Positions 1-9,525 of a stretch of DNA of 64,000 nucleotides are shown here, one piece after another. Each line of letters opens with the position of its first letter. Position 1 is the first letter of the stretch. A program made the position numbers and the translations under genes. Source of the stretch: Thermodesulfobacteriota bacterium (GTDB lineage Bacteria; Desulfobacterota_D; UBA1144; Nemesobacterales; JAJCZQ01); NCBI GenBank assembly GCA_965215275.1, contig OZ244044.1, forward strand, positions 1,184,001-1,248,000, read 5' to 3'. The notes under the pieces are model-generated. The model ran no database searches. It was not told the DNA's origin and was given only the letters and a program-made list of their open reading frames with translations.

Positions 1-647
1 ACTACTGCACCACCCAGTTCCTCGGAAGAAACTTCTTCATGGGTAACCGCTTTTATAACGTCAGGACCTGTAATGAACATATAGCTGGTTTTTTTTGTCA
101 TTATGATAAAATCGTTCATTGCGGGTGAATAAACCGCTCCACCAGCACACGGTCCCATTATTGCCGCGATCTGCGGCACAACGCCAGAAGCACGGGCGTT
201 TCTTTTAAAGATGTCCGCGTATGCTCCCAGTCCTTCCACCCCTTCCTGAATTCTCGCCCCTCCAGAATCGTTAAGCCCTATGACAGGAACTCCCACTTCT
301 ATCGCTTTGTCCATTATTTTGCGTATCTTTCCGCCGTGTGCGAGACCCAGCGATCCCCCCAAAACGGTAAAATCCTGTGCATAGACAAAAACCTGTCTAC
401 CCTCAACCTTCCCATATCCCGTGACAACGCCATCGCCGAGGAACTTTTTCTGTTCCATTCCAAAATCTTTGCACCTGTGAGTAACCAGCTTATCCAGTTC
501 AACAAAACTGTTTTTGTCTAAAAGAAGGTCTATTCTTTCCCGGGCAGTCAGTTTTCCCAGTTTATGCTGTTTTTCTATCTTCTCTTTCCCGCCACCTGCT
601 TCAGCTTCTTTTTCCTTTTGCTCTAATAGGTCTATCTTTTTCTTCAT
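1..647 (-). CDS. pccB: Acyl-CoA (propionyl/methylmalonyl-CoA) carboxylase carboxyltransferase subunit, 5' part; runs off the window edge
   Basis: Translated by hand because it is absent from the ORF track: [20 protein letters not shown]...[14 protein letters not shown]...GDGVVTGYG...QDFTVFGGSLG...[11 protein letters not shown]...[18 protein letters not shown] upstream of ATG 647. Confidence 0.9.
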   Translation of the reverse strand, partial: MKKKIDLLEQKEKEAEAGGGKEKIEKQHKLGKLTARERIDLLLDKNSFVELDKLVTHRCKDFGMEQKKFLGDGVVTGYGKVEGRQVFVYAQDFTVLGGSLGLAHGGKIRKIMDKAIEVGVPVIGLNDSGGARIQEGVEGLGAYADIFKRNARASGVVPQIAAIMGPCAGGAVYSPAMNDFIIMTKKTSYMFITGPDVIKAVTHEEVSSEELGGAV

Positions 648-691
648 TATGGAGTCTCCAAGTAACCGAGCACTTAAAAATCAGCGTGAGT

Positions 692-720
692 ATGATACAT
701 TTAAATGAACCATTTGTCAG
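692..720 (-). promoter_or_regulatory. Putative sigma70 promoter for pccB (CTGACA-N17-TATCAT) overlapped by inverted repeats
   Basis: -35 at 720-715 and -10 at 697-692. Palindrome CATTTAAATG at 698-707; inverted repeat ACCATTT-N6-AAATGGT at 709-728. Confidence 0.4.
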
Positions 721-769
721 TAAATGGTAAAATATATCATAATATCGAATGTTATAAACATTACCGGTT

Positions 770-1387
770 TTATGTAATTTTATCAGTTGAGGTCTGTATG
801 GTTTCCCATATTTTTTTGACCTGTAACTCGGTTCTTTCAATACTTTCTGTATTATCTACAACAAAATCGGCCAGCTTTGCCTTTTGATCATCGCTGATCT
901 GGGACCTTATTCTTGAAAGGATTTCTTCACTGCTCAAATTGTCTCTTTTTTTAATTCTGCTTATACGCGATTTTTCATCCACTGATACCACGATAAGTTT
1001 ATCAAACAATTTCAGCAGCCCTTTTCTCTCAACTAAAAGAGCTGCTTCAACTATCACCGTTCTCGCTTCATTGTCAGATCTGTATTTATCAATTCTGCTT
1101 ATGATCTCCTCTTGTATCCTAGGATGCATTATACTGTTGAGTTTTGCTCTTTTGTCCTGGTCTTCAAACACGACCTTGGCCAATAAACCCCTGTTGAGGG
1201 TCTGATCATCATTTAACATTTCCTTGCCAAACTCCGATACTATTCTTTTCCAGATAAATTTCCCCGGTTCAACTATCTCTCTGGCAATTTCGTCCGCATC
1301 TATAACGTTTGCTCCAAGTTCGCTGAAGATTTTTGCAACCGTAGATTTACCTGACCCTATACCCCCAGTCAGACCGATTATTTTCAT
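770..1387 (-). CDS. coaE: Dephospho-CoA kinase
   Basis: IIGLTGGIGSGKSTV P-loop, IDADEIAREIV, LNSIMHP, VEAALLVE. Confidence 0.97.
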   Translation of the reverse strand: MKIIGLTGGIGSGKSTVAKIFSELGANVIDADEIAREIVEPGKFIWKRIVSEFGKEMLNDDQTLNRGLLAKVVFEDQDKRAKLNSIMHPRIQEEIISRIDKYRSDNEARTVIVEAALLVERKGLLKLFDKLIVVSVDEKSRISRIKKRDNLSSEEILSRIRSQISDDQKAKLADFVVDNTESIERTELQVKKIWETIQTSTDKIT

Positions 1388-1421
1388 ACCATTAAATTAT
1401 AATCTATAATAGTCATTAGTC

Positions 1422-2249
1422 ATGACATCTGTTCGGTGGAAAATATTTTTAATAATCGCCTTTATAACCTCAGGTATACTTGGACAACACAAGGAAGCAA
1501 TTGCAGACTTTGACAAAGCAATAGAGATTGCAATAGCTTACTACAACAGAGGACTTACCAAATGCGAACTTGGTCAATACAAGGAAGCAATTGCAGACTT
1601 TGACAAAGCAATAGAAATTACAATAGTTTACTACAACAGAGGACTTGCCAAATACGAACTTGGTCAATACAGGGAAGCAACCGCAGACTTTGACAAAGCA
1701 ATAAAGATTGCAAGAGTTTTCAATAACAGAGGACTTGCCAAACATGACCTTGGTCAATACAAAGAAGCGATCAATGACTATGACAAAGCAATAGAGATAG
1801 ACCCACAATTAGCAAGAGCTTTTTTCAATAACAGAGGACTTGCCAAACATGAACTTGGTCAATACAAGGAAGCAACCGCAGACTTTGACAAAACAATAAG
1901 GATAGATCCACAATCAGCAATAGCTTACAATAACAGAGGACTTGCCAAACATGAACTTGGTCAATACAAGGAAGCGATCAAGGACTATAACAAAGCAATA
2001 GAGATAGACCCACAATTAGCAATAGCTTACTACAACAGAGGACTTGTCAAACATGAACTTGGTCAATACAAGGAAGCGATCAAGGACTATGACAAAGCAA
2101 TAGAGATAGACCCACAATTAGCAAGAGCTTTCAATAACAGAGGACTTGCCAAATACGAACTTGGTCAATACAAAGAAGCGATCAAGGACTATGACAAAGC
2201 AACCAAAACAGACAATAAGACATTGCTGATTTATAAGAGTAAAGATTGA
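1422..2249 (+). CDS. Tetratricopeptide-repeat protein with N-terminal hydrophobic signal-like segment
   Basis: Tandem AYxNRGLAKxELGQYKEAIxDxDKAIEI(DPQL) units; N-terminus MTSVRWKIFLIIAFITSGILG. Confidence 0.92.
   Translation: MTSVRWKIFLIIAFITSGILGQHKEAIADFDKAIEIAIAYYNRGLTKCELGQYKEAIADFDKAIEITIVYYNRGLAKYELGQYREATADFDKAIKIARVFNNRGLAKHDLGQYKEAINDYDKAIEIDPQLARAFFNNRGLAKHELGQYKEATADFDKTIRIDPQSAIAYNNRGLAKHELGQYKEAIKDYNKAIEIDPQLAIAYYNRGLVKHELGQYKEAIKDYDKAIEIDPQLARAFNNRGLAKYELGQYKEAIKDYDKATKTDNKTLLIYKSKD
1479..2204 (+). repeat. Near-identical intragenic tandem repeat array encoding the TPR units
   Basis: Units anchored on CTTGG(A/T)CAA start at 1479, 1569, 1659, 1749, 1854, 1956, 2058 and 2160. Periods are 90, 90, 90, 105, 102, 102, 102 bp, plus a partial final unit. 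Confidence 0.92.
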
Positions 2250-2378
2250 AAATCAGATGTTATAAACCGTCTGCAGTTTTTACTGGGTAATATTCAGCAA
2301 AAGACATAACTTTTCGGATAATAAACATGGATGTTTCATACCAATCCATTCCATTCTATCAGCTATATAACATGCTTT

Positions 2379-2921
2379 TTAATCATCAAAAGGTGGTTTT
2401 ATCCAATTGATCTTTTTTGTATTTTCTTCTTTCTTGTATCCTAAATATTCATCTAATAATTTTCCTCGTTCTTTATCTCTTTCTTTGTAGAACTCCCTAA
2501 TCTCTTTTTCTAATTCTTCATCATATAAAACTCTTAACCATTTCTTATTAAAATTAGAAATTTGATGATCAAAGATTATATCTAATTTATCTTCTGGAAA
2601 TACTCTTTTTATAATCTCCATCTCTGCTTCGTCTTCTGGAAAGAAATCCATCTCATAATATTCCAACTCTTTTTTATCTTCCCAAGTCTCTCTCCATAAA
2701 TTCTCACAAACAACTTCAGCACCTACAAGATCACGAGCTAAATTTGATGAATTAAGTTTTTCAGCATAACAATAAGCTCCATACATTAAATCCATTTTAT
2801 CTCTAAGATCAGTATGAGTAACAGAAGCAAGTTGAATATACCGTTCTGCCGCTTTCAGTATTTCTTCCTGAGTAGATTTTTCAGCAATCTCATCAATCTC
2901 CATTTCATCAATTTCAATCAT
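2379..2921 (-). CDS. Hypothetical acidic protein (180 aa) in AT-rich islet
   Basis: Long ORF in AT-rich DNA with AAGGGAG SD before ATG; no family recognised. Confidence 0.7.
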   Translation of the reverse strand: MIEIDEMEIDEIAEKSTQEEILKAAERYIQLASVTHTDLRDKMDLMYGAYCYAEKLNSSNLARDLVGAEVVCENLWRETWEDKKELEYYEMDFFPEDEAEMEIIKRVFPEDKLDIIFDHQISNFNKKWLRVLYDEELEKEIREFYKERDKERGKLLDEYLGYKKEENTKKINWIKPPFDD

Positions 2922-3154
2922 ATTATTATCTCCCTTAATTCAACTCTCCATATCTTTCTTTCAAATACCGAACATGTTTAACATCAGTTTCTATACAGAC
3001 AGGTAATCTTAATTTCCTTATCTGCTTTAACCCTTGAAATTTTTAAAAAGGTCAATAAATGAATACAATAAAAAATTATGGGAATAATATACTTTAGCGA
3101 TCAAGATATTATAATCTCTATAATTAAAGTTATAAAAAATAGGAGATATAATAA

Positions 3155-3580
3155 GTGAGTTTTTTAGATGGGGAATGGTTTAAAGAAGTAAAAGAAATTA
3201 CTTTTATGTTAAGAAAGCCAACTAATTTACCAGACCTTTCTGGTAATCCTGATCGTTCTATTCTTTCTATGGTTCATAAAGGAGATAAAGGTGATATCTT
3301 TGTAGAAGATGCTGAAAGTAAGATTATGCATGTAAGATGTCTTTCTCATCCAGACATATTTTATTTTATAAATTTAAAATTAGAAAATGGTAGTGAAAAA
3401 TTTTTTAGAAGTAATGGAAGAAGTTGGAAAGAATGTGATAGTAAAGAAAAATCATATAAATATGTTCCAGAAAAATATAGAGGGACTGTACATGAATTAA
3501 AATCAGGATGGAAACATAAAAATAACGCTACTCGTTTTATGAAATATGCTATTTTCGTTTTAAGTCTTTTTCAAAGATAA
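3155..3580 (+). CDS. Hypothetical basic protein (141 aa) in AT-rich islet
   Basis: AGGAG SD upstream of a GTG start; long ORF in AT-rich DNA; no family recognised. Confidence 0.65.
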   Translation: MSFLDGEWFKEVKEITFMLRKPTNLPDLSGNPDRSILSMVHKGDKGDIFVEDAESKIMHVRCLSHPDIFYFINLKLENGSEKFFRSNGRSWKECDSKEKSYKYVPEKYRGTVHELKSGWKHKNNATRFMKYAIFVLSLFQR

Positions 3581-3665
3581 GACACTTGATTGCTAAAGTA
3601 TATTATTCCTAAAATTATTATCTAAACCATCTGACGCTATTAAGATAATGCAACAACAAGGTCAA

Positions 3666-3737
3666 TGGCGACGGGTGGATTTGAACCACCGACAAATGCC
3701 TTATGAGAGCACTGCTCTACCCCTGAGCTACGCCGCC
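3666..3737 (-). tRNA. tRNA with CAU anticodon, most likely elongator tRNA-Met; CCA not encoded
   Basis: Reverse complement GGCGGCGTAGCTCAGGGGTAGAGCAGTGCTCTCATAAGGCATTTGTCGGTGGTTCAAATCCACCCGTCGCCA folds as a cloverleaf with anticodon loop CTCATAA and T-loop GTTCAAATC. tRNA-Ile2 is not fully excluded. Confidence 0.93.
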
Positions 3738-3749
3738 AACAGAGTTGGG

Positions 3750-3778
3750 ATTATAGCACTTGAAATTTTATCTTTCAA
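3750..3778 (-). promoter_or_regulatory. Sigma70 promoter of the tRNA gene (TTGAAA-N17-TATAAT, extended -10 TG)
   Basis: -35 at 3778-3773 and -10 at 3755-3750, 12 nt upstream of the tRNA 5' end. Confidence 0.7.
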
Positions 3779-3951
3779 GAAGAGGCAAACAAGGATAAAA
3801 TGGAGAGGATTTCATTCCTATAATACAAAACAGGCTATAACTGAAGATTAATTTTTTCAACTTTTGAACTATTGTCTAAATAAGACTTTTCGTCTAAGTT
3901 TAATCAAGCTTGATCAAACACCTCAACCCGTTGTTTTAATACTGTTTTCTA

Positions 3952-4590
3952 TCAGACCAGACCCTGCTGGACTAATTCTCCATAGGCAAGAGTGTGTCTC
4001 CCAAGTTTCTTTAAGATTTCCAAATCCTCGGGTCTGTCGATATCGAGTGCAAAGTTCCTCATTTCGTAAATTTCATACGGAACTCGTTTTTCTTCAGCCT
4101 GCTCACGATGCTTTCTAAAACTATCGTGACCAAACATGGATTTAAGTATGTTTGGAGGCTTTCTCAATATCGCATTTGTACCGAGCTTGTCTCCGGAAGG
4201 TACCAGTATTACGTGAGGGGGGTCTTTTGCCTTTTCTAATATAGAGTCAATGTCTTCAGCGGTCATAAGGGGAGCATCTGCCGGAATAACCAAAACCGAA
4301 TCAGCACCTAACTGACCACATATCTCAACAGCGTAATCAACTGAGCTGCTCTCACTTTCCTGTTTGCTCTCCTCAATGATCAAAAAATTATATTTTTCCG
4401 CCATGGAAATTGCCTTTTTATCCATCGTTACCACTGCAACCTTATCAGCAAGCATAGATTTGACCGCAGAGTTATAAACGTCTTGCAGCATGGCATAGGC
4501 AAGAGCAGTTCTGCTCTCCTGCGACAGGACAGAAGAAAGCCTCTCATTAGCAAATTTTAGATTTTTTACAGGTATTAAAACAAATTTCAT
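3952..4590 (-). CDS. cofC: 2-phospho-L-lactate/PEP guanylyltransferase (F420 biosynthesis CofC/FbiD)
   Basis: IPVKNLKFANERLSSVL, AMLQDV, IPADAPL, GTNAIL, FGHDSFRKH, LDIDRPEDL. Confidence 0.88.
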   Translation of the reverse strand: MKFVLIPVKNLKFANERLSSVLSQESRTALAYAMLQDVYNSAVKSMLADKVAVVTMDKKAISMAEKYNFLIIEESKQESESSSVDYAVEICGQLGADSVLVIPADAPLMTAEDIDSILEKAKDPPHVILVPSGDKLGTNAILRKPPNILKSMFGHDSFRKHREQAEEKRVPYEIYEMRNFALDIDRPEDLEILKKLGRHTLAYGELVQQGLV

Positions 4591-4739
4591 ACAACAAATT
4601 TACAGTAAATTAAACTTTTTACTACAAAAGATGTACGTTTAAGTATCAGCATTTTCTGTTTGCTTTACCGACTATCGATCATTTTTTACAACTAAACAGC
4701 GCTTGTTAAAACTAGGTATAGCTGGATATAATTTCCTTT

Positions 4740-7328
4740 ATGGAAGCACAAACTCCCATGATCAAACAGTATAATAAGATCAAGAACAACCACCCGGATT
4801 CTATACTGTTTTTCCGCCTAGGGGATTTTTATGAAATGTTCTTTGATGATGCCAAAACGGCTTCAAAAGTGCTTGGCATTACATTAACGTCAAGGAACAA
4901 GTCAAATAAAAGTTCAATCCCTCTATGCGGCTTTCCCCACCACAGCGTTGAACCATACTGTGCCAAGCTGCTGGAAAATGGGTATAAAGTGGCAATATGC
5001 GAACAAGTTGAGAAACCAAAGGACACAAGGAACGTTGTAGAAAGAAAAGTGGTGAAAATCCTAACTCCCGGAACAATTCTTGACTCGGAAAATCTGGAGT
5101 CCAAATCCAATAACTATATAGCAGCCGTTTATTTAAGTGAGAAGGAACCTACTATCTCTTACTGTGACATATCAACAGGTGAATTAAGAATATCTTCTCT
5201 CAATGATCACAATGATATGATGGATGAGATAGTACGGGTTGAACCAAGAGAAATATTAATAGATCAAAGGCAGAGGGAAAACCTGTCTTTAACAAAACAG
5301 TTCTTTAACCCGCTCATAACTGAAATAGATGAATGGAAGTGGGATTACAAAAATTCCAAGAACGTTCTGCTGGAACACTTAAACGTTGCCAGACTGGAAT
5401 CATTTGGCATTGAAGATAATCACGGTGCTGTAATTTCATGTGGGGTGCTTCTCAGTTACCTGTCTGAAACTCAGATGGACTTCATGCCGAATTTGCAGGA
5501 CCCACAGCTTTACAAACCAAGCGACTATCTAGAAATAGATGATTCAACCAGAAAAAACCTGGAGATATTAAAACCTCTAAATGATGACAAGAACGGACCC
5601 TCTCTGCTTTCAACCATAGACAGAACATCGTCTGCCATGGGAGGCAGATTAATGAAACAATGGCTCAACTACCCGCTTAAAAACACAGACGATATAACAA
5701 AACGGCTTGATTCCGTGGATGAACTTAGAAGGTCCTCGGAACTTAGGGACAGTATCGCCGTAGAACTGAAAAAAATAAACGACATTGAAAGGTTAATTGG
5801 AAGGATCTCCACCGCGGCTGCAAAACCAAAGGATATGGCAGGACTCAGGGATTCAGCATTCTCAATTGAGGAAATCAAATCACTTACGGGTAATTTCAAT
5901 TCAGAACTGCTAAGATCTGTTTATAACGAACTTGATGATCTTGCCGATATTAAAGAACTGCTTTTAAGTGCTCTTGTAGAACAGCCCCCTCATTCATCCA
6001 GAGAGGGCGGGATATTCAAAGAAGGTTTCAACGAAGAACTGGACCAGTTCAGATCAATTCAAAATGAAGGCAGGAGATGGATCTCTGATTTGGAGGCAAA
6101 GGAGAGAAAATCTACAGGTATCGGTTCCCTTAAGGTCAAGTATAATAAAGTCTTTGGATATTACATTGAAATTACCAAGTCCAATACCTCTCTTGTTCCT
6201 TCAAACTATATAAGAAAACAGACGGTCAGTAACGCGGAGAGGTTCATTACGCCTGAACTGAAGGACTTTGAGGAAAAAATACTCAACGCCAAAGAAAAGA
6301 TACTGGAAATTGAGACAGATCTTTTTGAAAAACTTCGCTCAGCCGTATCAGACAAGTCCGCAAGGATCAGAAAGACCGCTTCCCTGATAGCTCGGCTTGA
6401 TGTACTTTGCTCCCTTGCAGAGGTTGCAGACAAGAACGGATATGTAAAACCCACGGTCAACAGCGGCGAAAAGATCTATCTTAAAGACAGCAGACATCCG
6501 GTCGTGGAAAGCCTTGAACTGGAAAACGGGTTCGTTTCAAACAATATAATTCTTGATAAGGAAAATCAGGTCCTTATTGTCACTGGTCCGAACATGGCAG
6601 GTAAATCCACTCTTATCCGTCAGGCGGCTATCATAGTCCTTCTCGCTCAGACCGGAAGTTTCGTCCCTGCATCCAAAGCAGAGATCGGGGTCGTGGACAA
6701 GATATTCACCAGGGTCGGGGCATCTGACAATCTGGCAAAGGGATTATCCACTTTTATGGTCGAGATGGTAGAAACCGCTTATATATTGCGAAATGCCACT
6801 GATAAGAGTTTTGTAATACTGGATGAGATCGGCAGGGGGACCAGTACGTTCGATGGAATGAGCATCGCGTGGGCAGTTGCCGAATACCTTCACGACATGG
6901 GAGCAAAAACCCTGTTTGCCACCCACTACCATGAGCTTGCTCAGCTGACCCGTTCCAATCCACGAGTAAAGAACTACAATGTTCTTGTAAAAGAGGATAA
7001 AGATAAAATTATATTTCTGAGAAAACTTGTCCCGGGATACTCAAGCCACAGTTATGGGATACAGGTTGCAAAACTGGCAGGAATTCCTCAAAAGGTCATA
7101 ACGTCTTCCAGGAACATGCTTTCAACCCTGGAGAAGGTCCAGTCAAAACTTACAGAGCTGATGACAGGCGATCAGATGGTTCTCTTTGATGAAACTGCTG
7201 ATAATGAAATAGATGAAAATACTCACAGTGAGATCATAGAATATATTAAAGAAATCGATCCAATGAACCTGACACCTATGGAATCCCTGGCAAAGCTGAT
7301 CAAACTGAAGGAAAAGATAGGAAATTAA
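4740..7328 (+). CDS. mutS: DNA mismatch repair protein MutS
   Basis: TPMIKQY, FFRLGDFYEMF, TGPNMAGKST, DEIGRGTSTFDG, FATHYHEL. Confidence 0.99.
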   Translation: MEAQTPMIKQYNKIKNNHPDSILFFRLGDFYEMFFDDAKTASKVLGITLTSRNKSNKSSIPLCGFPHHSVEPYCAKLLENGYKVAICEQVEKPKDTRNVVERKVVKILTPGTILDSENLESKSNNYIAAVYLSEKEPTISYCDISTGELRISSLNDHNDMMDEIVRVEPREILIDQRQRENLSLTKQFFNPLITEIDEWKWDYKNSKNVLLEHLNVARLESFGIEDNHGAVISCGVLLSYLSETQMDFMPNLQDPQLYKPSDYLEIDDSTRKNLEILKPLNDDKNGPSLLSTIDRTSSAMGGRLMKQWLNYPLKNTDDITKRLDSVDELRRSSELRDSIAVELKKINDIERLIGRISTAAAKPKDMAGLRDSAFSIEEIKSLTGNFNSELLRSVYNELDDLADIKELLLSALVEQPPHSSREGGIFKEGFNEELDQFRSIQNEGRRWISDLEAKERKSTGIGSLKVKYNKVFGYYIEITKSNTSLVPSNYIRKQTVSNAERFITPELKDFEEKILNAKEKILEIETDLFEKLRSAVSDKSARIRKTASLIARLDVLCSLAEVADKNGYVKPTVNSGEKIYLKDSRHPVVESLELENGFVSNNIILDKENQVLIVTGPNMAGKSTLIRQAAIIVLLAQTGSFVPASKAEIGVVDKIFTRVGASDNLAKGLSTFMVEMVETAYILRNATDKSFVILDEIGRGTSTFDGMSIAWAVAEYLHDMGAKTLFATHYHELAQLTRSNPRVKNYNVLVKEDKDKIIFLRKLVPGYSSHSYGIQVAKLAGIPQKVITSSRNMLSTLEKVQSKLTELMTGDQMVLFDETADNEIDENTHSEIIEYIKEIDPMNLTPMESLAKLIKLKEKIGN

Positions 7329-7346
7329 ACAGGGTCGTATGCTCCG

Positions 7347-8375
7347 TTAACTAAAAAGCCCCTTCTGGCCTTCAGGGGTCTTAACGTTGAGATGTTTAAA
7401 TGCAAGATGGGTCACCTTCCGGCCCCTTGGGGTTTTCTCAAGCAGACCCTCCCTGATAAGAAATGGTTCATAAACGTCCTCGATCGTATCTTTATCCTCG
7501 CTTACCGCAGCCGCGATCGTATCTATTCCCACCGGCCCGCCGTTAAATTTCGTAATTATTGTCTCCAGGATGGTCCTGTCCAGATTATCAAGCCCTTTTG
7601 CATCCACTCCTAACTGTTTCAAGGCAGCTTTTGCAAATTCTCCACTTACAACACCGTCAGCTTTCACCTCAGCGTAATCCCGCACCTGTTTTAACAACTT
7701 GTTTGCAATTCTTGGTGTTCCTCTTACCCTCAGGCTGAGTTCATCAGCTCCTTCATCTTTGATCCGAACGTTCAAAAGACGTGCGGACCTCAATATGATC
7801 TGTTTCAGTTCATCAACGGAGTAATAATCCAGTCTCAGGTCCACTCCGAACCTTGACCTCAGAGGTGAAGTAAGTAATCCCGTTCTGGTCGTAGCTCCGA
7901 TAAGCGTGAACCTGCTAAGGTTGATCTTCATTGATTTGGCAGTCGGACCTTCTCCAACCATCAAATCAATGTAGAAGTTCTCCATTGCCGAGTAAAGGTA
8001 CTCCTCAATAACCCTTTTAAGTCTGTGTATCTCATCTATAAATAAAACGTCTTTTTCTCCTAAGTTCGTAAGTATGGCGGCAATGTCGCCGGTCCTCTCA
8101 ACCACCGGGCCCGAGGTTGAATGAAACCCAACTCCAAGTTCGTTTGCCACAATGTGTGCAAGCGTCGTCTTTCCAAGACCCGAGGGACCACAGAGAAGGA
8201 CATGATCCAGAGCTTCTCTTCTTTTTTTTGCAGCTTTTATGAATATTCCGATCTTTTCCTTAACCTTTGACTGTCCCAGATATTCATCAAGGTTATTTGG
8301 TCTGAGAGAGCTATCAAAAAAGTCTTCACTCTGATCTGCGGGGTTTACTATTCTGTTTCCTTCTTCACGTTCCAT
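7347..8375 (-). CDS. ruvB: Holliday junction branch migration helicase RuvB
   Basis: [52 protein letters not shown]. Confidence 0.98.
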   Translation of the reverse strand: MEREEGNRIVNPADQSEDFFDSSLRPNNLDEYLGQSKVKEKIGIFIKAAKKRREALDHVLLCGPSGLGKTTLAHIVANELGVGFHSTSGPVVERTGDIAAILTNLGEKDVLFIDEIHRLKRVIEEYLYSAMENFYIDLMVGEGPTAKSMKINLSRFTLIGATTRTGLLTSPLRSRFGVDLRLDYYSVDELKQIILRSARLLNVRIKDEGADELSLRVRGTPRIANKLLKQVRDYAEVKADGVVSGEFAKAALKQLGVDAKGLDNLDRTILETIITKFNGGPVGIDTIAAAVSEDKDTIEDVYEPFLIREGLLEKTPRGRKVTHLAFKHLNVKTPEGQKGLFS

Positions 8376-8396
8376 CCTCTGTTCAGCTCCTTGGCC

Positions 8397-8984
8397 TTAT
8401 CTTTTTTTCATTATTTTCAACGATTCTTTCACTTTCTCTTCAGTGCTTACTGATCTGTTCGATATTTCATTAAGCTGGGCCGCATTTTCTTCAATTTCAT
8501 TCCTGGTAAAGCCAAGGCTTAACAGTACCGACCTAACGTCACTTATAACACCGCTGGCGGCACCTGTGTCCTCTTCAAGACCATAGCTGGGAAGTTTGTC
8601 TTTCAGTTCAGCTATTATCCTTGCAGCGTTCGCAGGACCGACTCCAGGCACTTTCCTTGACCCCAGATCACCTGTCATGATGGACTTTATAAGATCCTGC
8701 GGGGTTATATTGGACAAGATCTTAGTTGCTACTGCAGGACCTATCTTTGGAACGCCTATAAGACATTGGAAAAGTTTTTTTTCACTATCTGTAAGAAACC
8801 CAAAAAGTTCAAAGGATTTTTCCGTAACGTGGGTATGGATCTTCAGTTCCACCTCCGTACCCGTGTCCGGCAGACTGGAAAAAATCAACAGCGGGACCGT
8901 AACGCCGTATCCCACCCCTCCAACGTCCACGATCAGACTTCCATCAGATTTTTCTGCTATTTTGCCTCTTAGTAGTGATATCAT
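8397..8984 (-). CDS. ruvA: Holliday junction DNA-binding protein RuvA
   Basis: MISLLRGKI, VDVGGVGY, LFGF, HhH motifs VPKIGP/VPGVGP; lies between ruvC and ruvB. Confidence 0.95.
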   Translation of the reverse strand: MISLLRGKIAEKSDGSLIVDVGGVGYGVTVPLLIFSSLPDTGTEVELKIHTHVTEKSFELFGFLTDSEKKLFQCLIGVPKIGPAVATKILSNITPQDLIKSIMTGDLGSRKVPGVGPANAARIIAELKDKLPSYGLEEDTGAASGVISDVRSVLLSLGFTRNEIEENAAQLNEISNRSVSTEEKVKESLKIMKKR

Positions 8985-9519
8985 CTAAAGTAAATTTTTG
9001 ACGCTTCCGGCGGCGCGACCGGGTTTTTATATCCAGGCCGGTCACACTTGCATAATTGGAAAAGTTAATGTGGCATAGAGCTATTGCAAGAGCGTCCGAA
9101 ACGTCATTTCTGTCACAATCATCAATTCCAAGTGCATAAGAAACCATCTTCATAATTTCAAATTTTTTTGCCCTGCCACTTCCCGTTATGGCAAGTTTTA
9201 CCTTTGTTGGTGAATACTCATGAATGCTCAAACCCGACTCTTCAGCAGCCAGCATGGCAACCCCTTTGGACTGCCCGAGCTTGATCGCACTCTTTACGTT
9301 CTTGGCAAAAAATATATCTTCAAGTGACATTACCTGAGGGGAATGCTCATTTATCAATTCCATAAGGGACAGGTAAATAAACTGTAATTTTTTAGAAAAA
9401 TCAAAAGTTCGAGAAGGCGTGATCGCACCGCTTGTAATGTGCTGAAGCCCGCCCTTGCTGCTCTCAAGAACTCCATAACCACAGGATATGGAACCTGGAT
9501 CTACCCCTATAACCCTCAC
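8944..9519 (-). CDS. ruvC: Crossover junction endodeoxyribonuclease RuvC
   Basis: VIGVDPGS, LEDIFFAKN, EYSPTKVK, DVSDALAIALCH. Confidence 0.97.
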   Translation of the reverse strand: MRVIGVDPGSISCGYGVLESSKGGLQHITSGAITPSRTFDFSKKLQFIYLSLMELINEHSPQVMSLEDIFFAKNVKSAIKLGQSKGVAMLAAEESGLSIHEYSPTKVKLAITGSGRAKKFEIMKMVSYALGIDDCDRNDVSDALAIALCHINFSNYASVTGLDIKTRSRRRKRQKFTLDDITTKRQNSRKI

Positions 9520-9525
9520 GCGGCG

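Noticed and set aside
1479..2204. Repeat array as a CRISPR array
   Set aside because: Units are contiguous, multiples of 3 and coding, with no unique spacers and no cas genes.
1422..2249. TPR repeats as a DGR template/variable region
   Set aside because: No reverse transcriptase in the window, and differences between units are block-like rather than adenine-specific.
2935..3060. Possible gene remnant upstream of ORF 2379-2921
   Set aside because: Only a short open stretch with no start codon or recognisable motif.
1388..3690. Intact integrative element with att direct repeats at tRNA-Met
   Set aside because: No second copy of the tRNA 3' end and no integrase were found; only an islet can be supported.
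3648..3851. 67-aa ORF
   Set aside because: It is an antisense reading of the tRNA gene and its promoter.
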